A stretch of DNA of 39,643 nucleotides from Catajapyx aquilonaris (taxonomy: Eukaryota): positions 1 to 39,643 of the forward strand of contig JYFJ02003816.1 in the NCBI GenBank assembly GCA_000934665.2, in the 5' to 3' direction. The notes under the pieces are model-generated. The model was not told the origin of the DNA and made no database searches. It was given only the letters and a program-made list of their open reading frames with translations. Both the position numbers and the translations under genes were made by a program. The first letter of the stretch is position 1. Each line of letters starts with the position of its first letter. This document shows positions 38,001 to 39,643 of this stretch, in pieces.

Positions 38001-38448
38001 CAGGGTGAAGGGAAATTCATGGCCAATCGCCAGGTAGACTGATAGTATTGCAAAACTAATATAGGGATGTGCAATTAGTTTTGGGCACCGTAGCGTAGTT
38101 AATGCATACGGTGCCATTAAAGTTTTGTGATATCACATCTGCTCTGCCAGTTTCAAAGAAGCAAAAGCCAGCTCAAAGCCTCCGAATAATACGGCCTTGG
38201 TCCTCTAATGCATCATCCATGTGCAATAGGCGATCAAATCTCCTAAGGGTGTAAGAATCCGGGTGCGACACCTGTGCACTTTGTCGTTTTTACCTAATAA
38301 TGTACCACCTGGCCCTCTACATTTAAAGGAGCCATAGGCTACACATTAACTACGCACCGGCGCCCAAAACTAATTGCACATCCCTGCAGTAATTCTGTGA
38401 GTAGCATCAGTCTACCTGGTGACTGGGCGCAAGTTTCCCTTCATCCTG
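38001..38448. mobile_element. Tc1/mariner-type MITE in a Sec5 intron, 448 bp
   Basis: TA-CAGGGTGAAGGGAAA...TTTCCCTTCATCCTG-TA. Imperfect arms ~104 bp sharing CCAGGTAGACTGAT and AGGGATGTGCAATTAGTTTTGGGC. Confidence 0.85.
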
Positions 38449-38610
38449 TACATTTAAAGATTCCACTGAATGTAGTATTGCACACATGCCCTCTAACACA
38501 ATTTTAGCCTTGAAATTTGCCAGGACATTTTGAACCAGTAATATGCTCAGACAAGGGTTCTATTACTACCTAGGTGGCAAATATATTTTAAAGGCAAAGA
38601 AATTAATTAC

Positions 38611-39212
38611 CAAAGCTGTGATTCCTCCATTTTCCAGTTCAAACTCTATTGCCCATGTCTCCTTTTCATGAAAGGCAGAGACCTCATTAGCCGCCTGTCG
38701 AAATAAGACAGCCAAGGCATGTTTCCGAACATCAAAAATCAGATCCTGCACAATATCTAGCACTTCTCCAGGGAGGTCCAGGCTAATCAGTGCAACATAT
38801 GCTGTTCTTACAAAGCGCAAGCACTGGGTCATGTAGGGAGACAGGACAGTTTCAGGGCATTTTCCAGGCCATTCCTCCAGCTCATGATATCTCAAAGCAC
38901 GAAGGTCCAACGTGTGAGGAACAATAGCTGCTCTCACAGCAGCAGCAAACAACTGGGCAACACTGAGGACCATACGCTTGAACTCAGGTTGCTTGCTGTA
39001 GTCCACTTTTGCTTGAAGCTCACTCGTGAAATATGCTTGACCAAGCTTCCACAAGTCAGGGAAGTTCTTTGACAATAGCTCAGATGCCTCTTCCACAAAG
39101 CCAACACGCTGAGGAACATGTACCTGCCACTCCAGCTGGTGCTGGCTGGAGGTCATGGATTTCATCATGCTGGCAGACATGGGAGTACTTATCATTGGCT
39201 TGGGTGTCTTCT
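38611..39212 (-). CDS. Sec5: Exocyst complex component 2 (Sec5), internal coding exon; first one visible in the window
   Basis: Translation ...VPQRVGFVEEASELLSKNFPDLWKLGQAYFTSEL...LDLPGEVLDIVQDLIFDVR...KETWAIEFELENGGITAL resembles EXOC2/Sec5 (recalled human: TPHRVAFVEKL...PNFWKLW). Acceptor CAG at plus 39213-39215 (ctg), donor GTAATT starting at 38610. Ends in phase 0. Confidence 0.92.
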
Positions 39213-39465
39213 CTGCATGTAAAGATTACAAAGTGTGTCAAATGATATAAAAAAACAAAAACAAAAATCATACCATGTTGTATAGTAGTAAAAAAGCGAT
39301 CATGAACTAATCAACATTCTAAATCAAGCTAACATTAGAACCATGCAAATTTTGGAATACAGTAGAACCCCGATTATCAGACTTTATATGACTGTCCCAC
39401 TCAGGCAATAAATCTGTTTTCTCATGAATACTGTAATGTTCTACACATTTGTTTGTTTTGTCTTA

Positions 39466-39643
39466 CAAGGGAACCTCTCGAAGTGTCACTCGAAGTTCAA
39501 GGTGAAATATTTTTTTTCGGGTTCCTTATCAGCTAGAAGGACTAGAGGAGAAATCCTCGATCTCAAGCGTTTTCGAGATACAGGGGTCAAAAGGTCAAGA
39601 ATGGACCACTTTACGAAGGCCCTGGGGAAGCTATCATTAGTGC
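39466..39643. mobile_element. Probable left part of another TA-target MITE, cut off by the window end
   Basis: TA-CAAGGG start followed by MITE-like motifs (gatctcaagcgttttcgagata, ggggtcaaaaggtc). The partner TIR is not in the window. Confidence 0.4.

Noticed and set aside
38566..39195. Treating the 209-aa ORF as a complete gene starting at its Met
   Set aside because: It is an internal Sec5 exon. The acceptor lies 17 nt upstream of the ATG and the last residues (VINFF...) are intron.

Overview
This is eukaryotic DNA, most likely arthropod/insect, judging by the spliceosomal introns, SINEs, MITEs, microsatellites and the Sec5 sequence style. The only clear gene is the 3' part of exocyst component Sec5/EXOC2 on the minus strand: five GT-AG exons from 39212 down to the stop at 36684, with the 5' exons outside the window. 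The remaining ~36.5 kb has no credible intact ORF. It holds many non-autonomous DNA transposons with readable TIRs and target-site duplications (Kolobok-like TTAA, PIF/Harbinger TWA, Tc1/mariner and pogo TA, Sola1-like AAAT, hAT 8 bp). It also holds three tRNA-derived SINEs, one split by the hAT element, and a 950-bp fold-back mariner whose two arms each carry a transposase N-terminus. Between the repeats lie GC-rich islands with TCF/Helper, homeodomain and Sox-like motifs that look like a developmental enhancer field (inference). I see no convincing evidence of a wholly new biological system. The best candidates for follow-up are the fold-back mariner, the nested SINE/hAT insertion and the putative Wnt/TCF-responsive modules.
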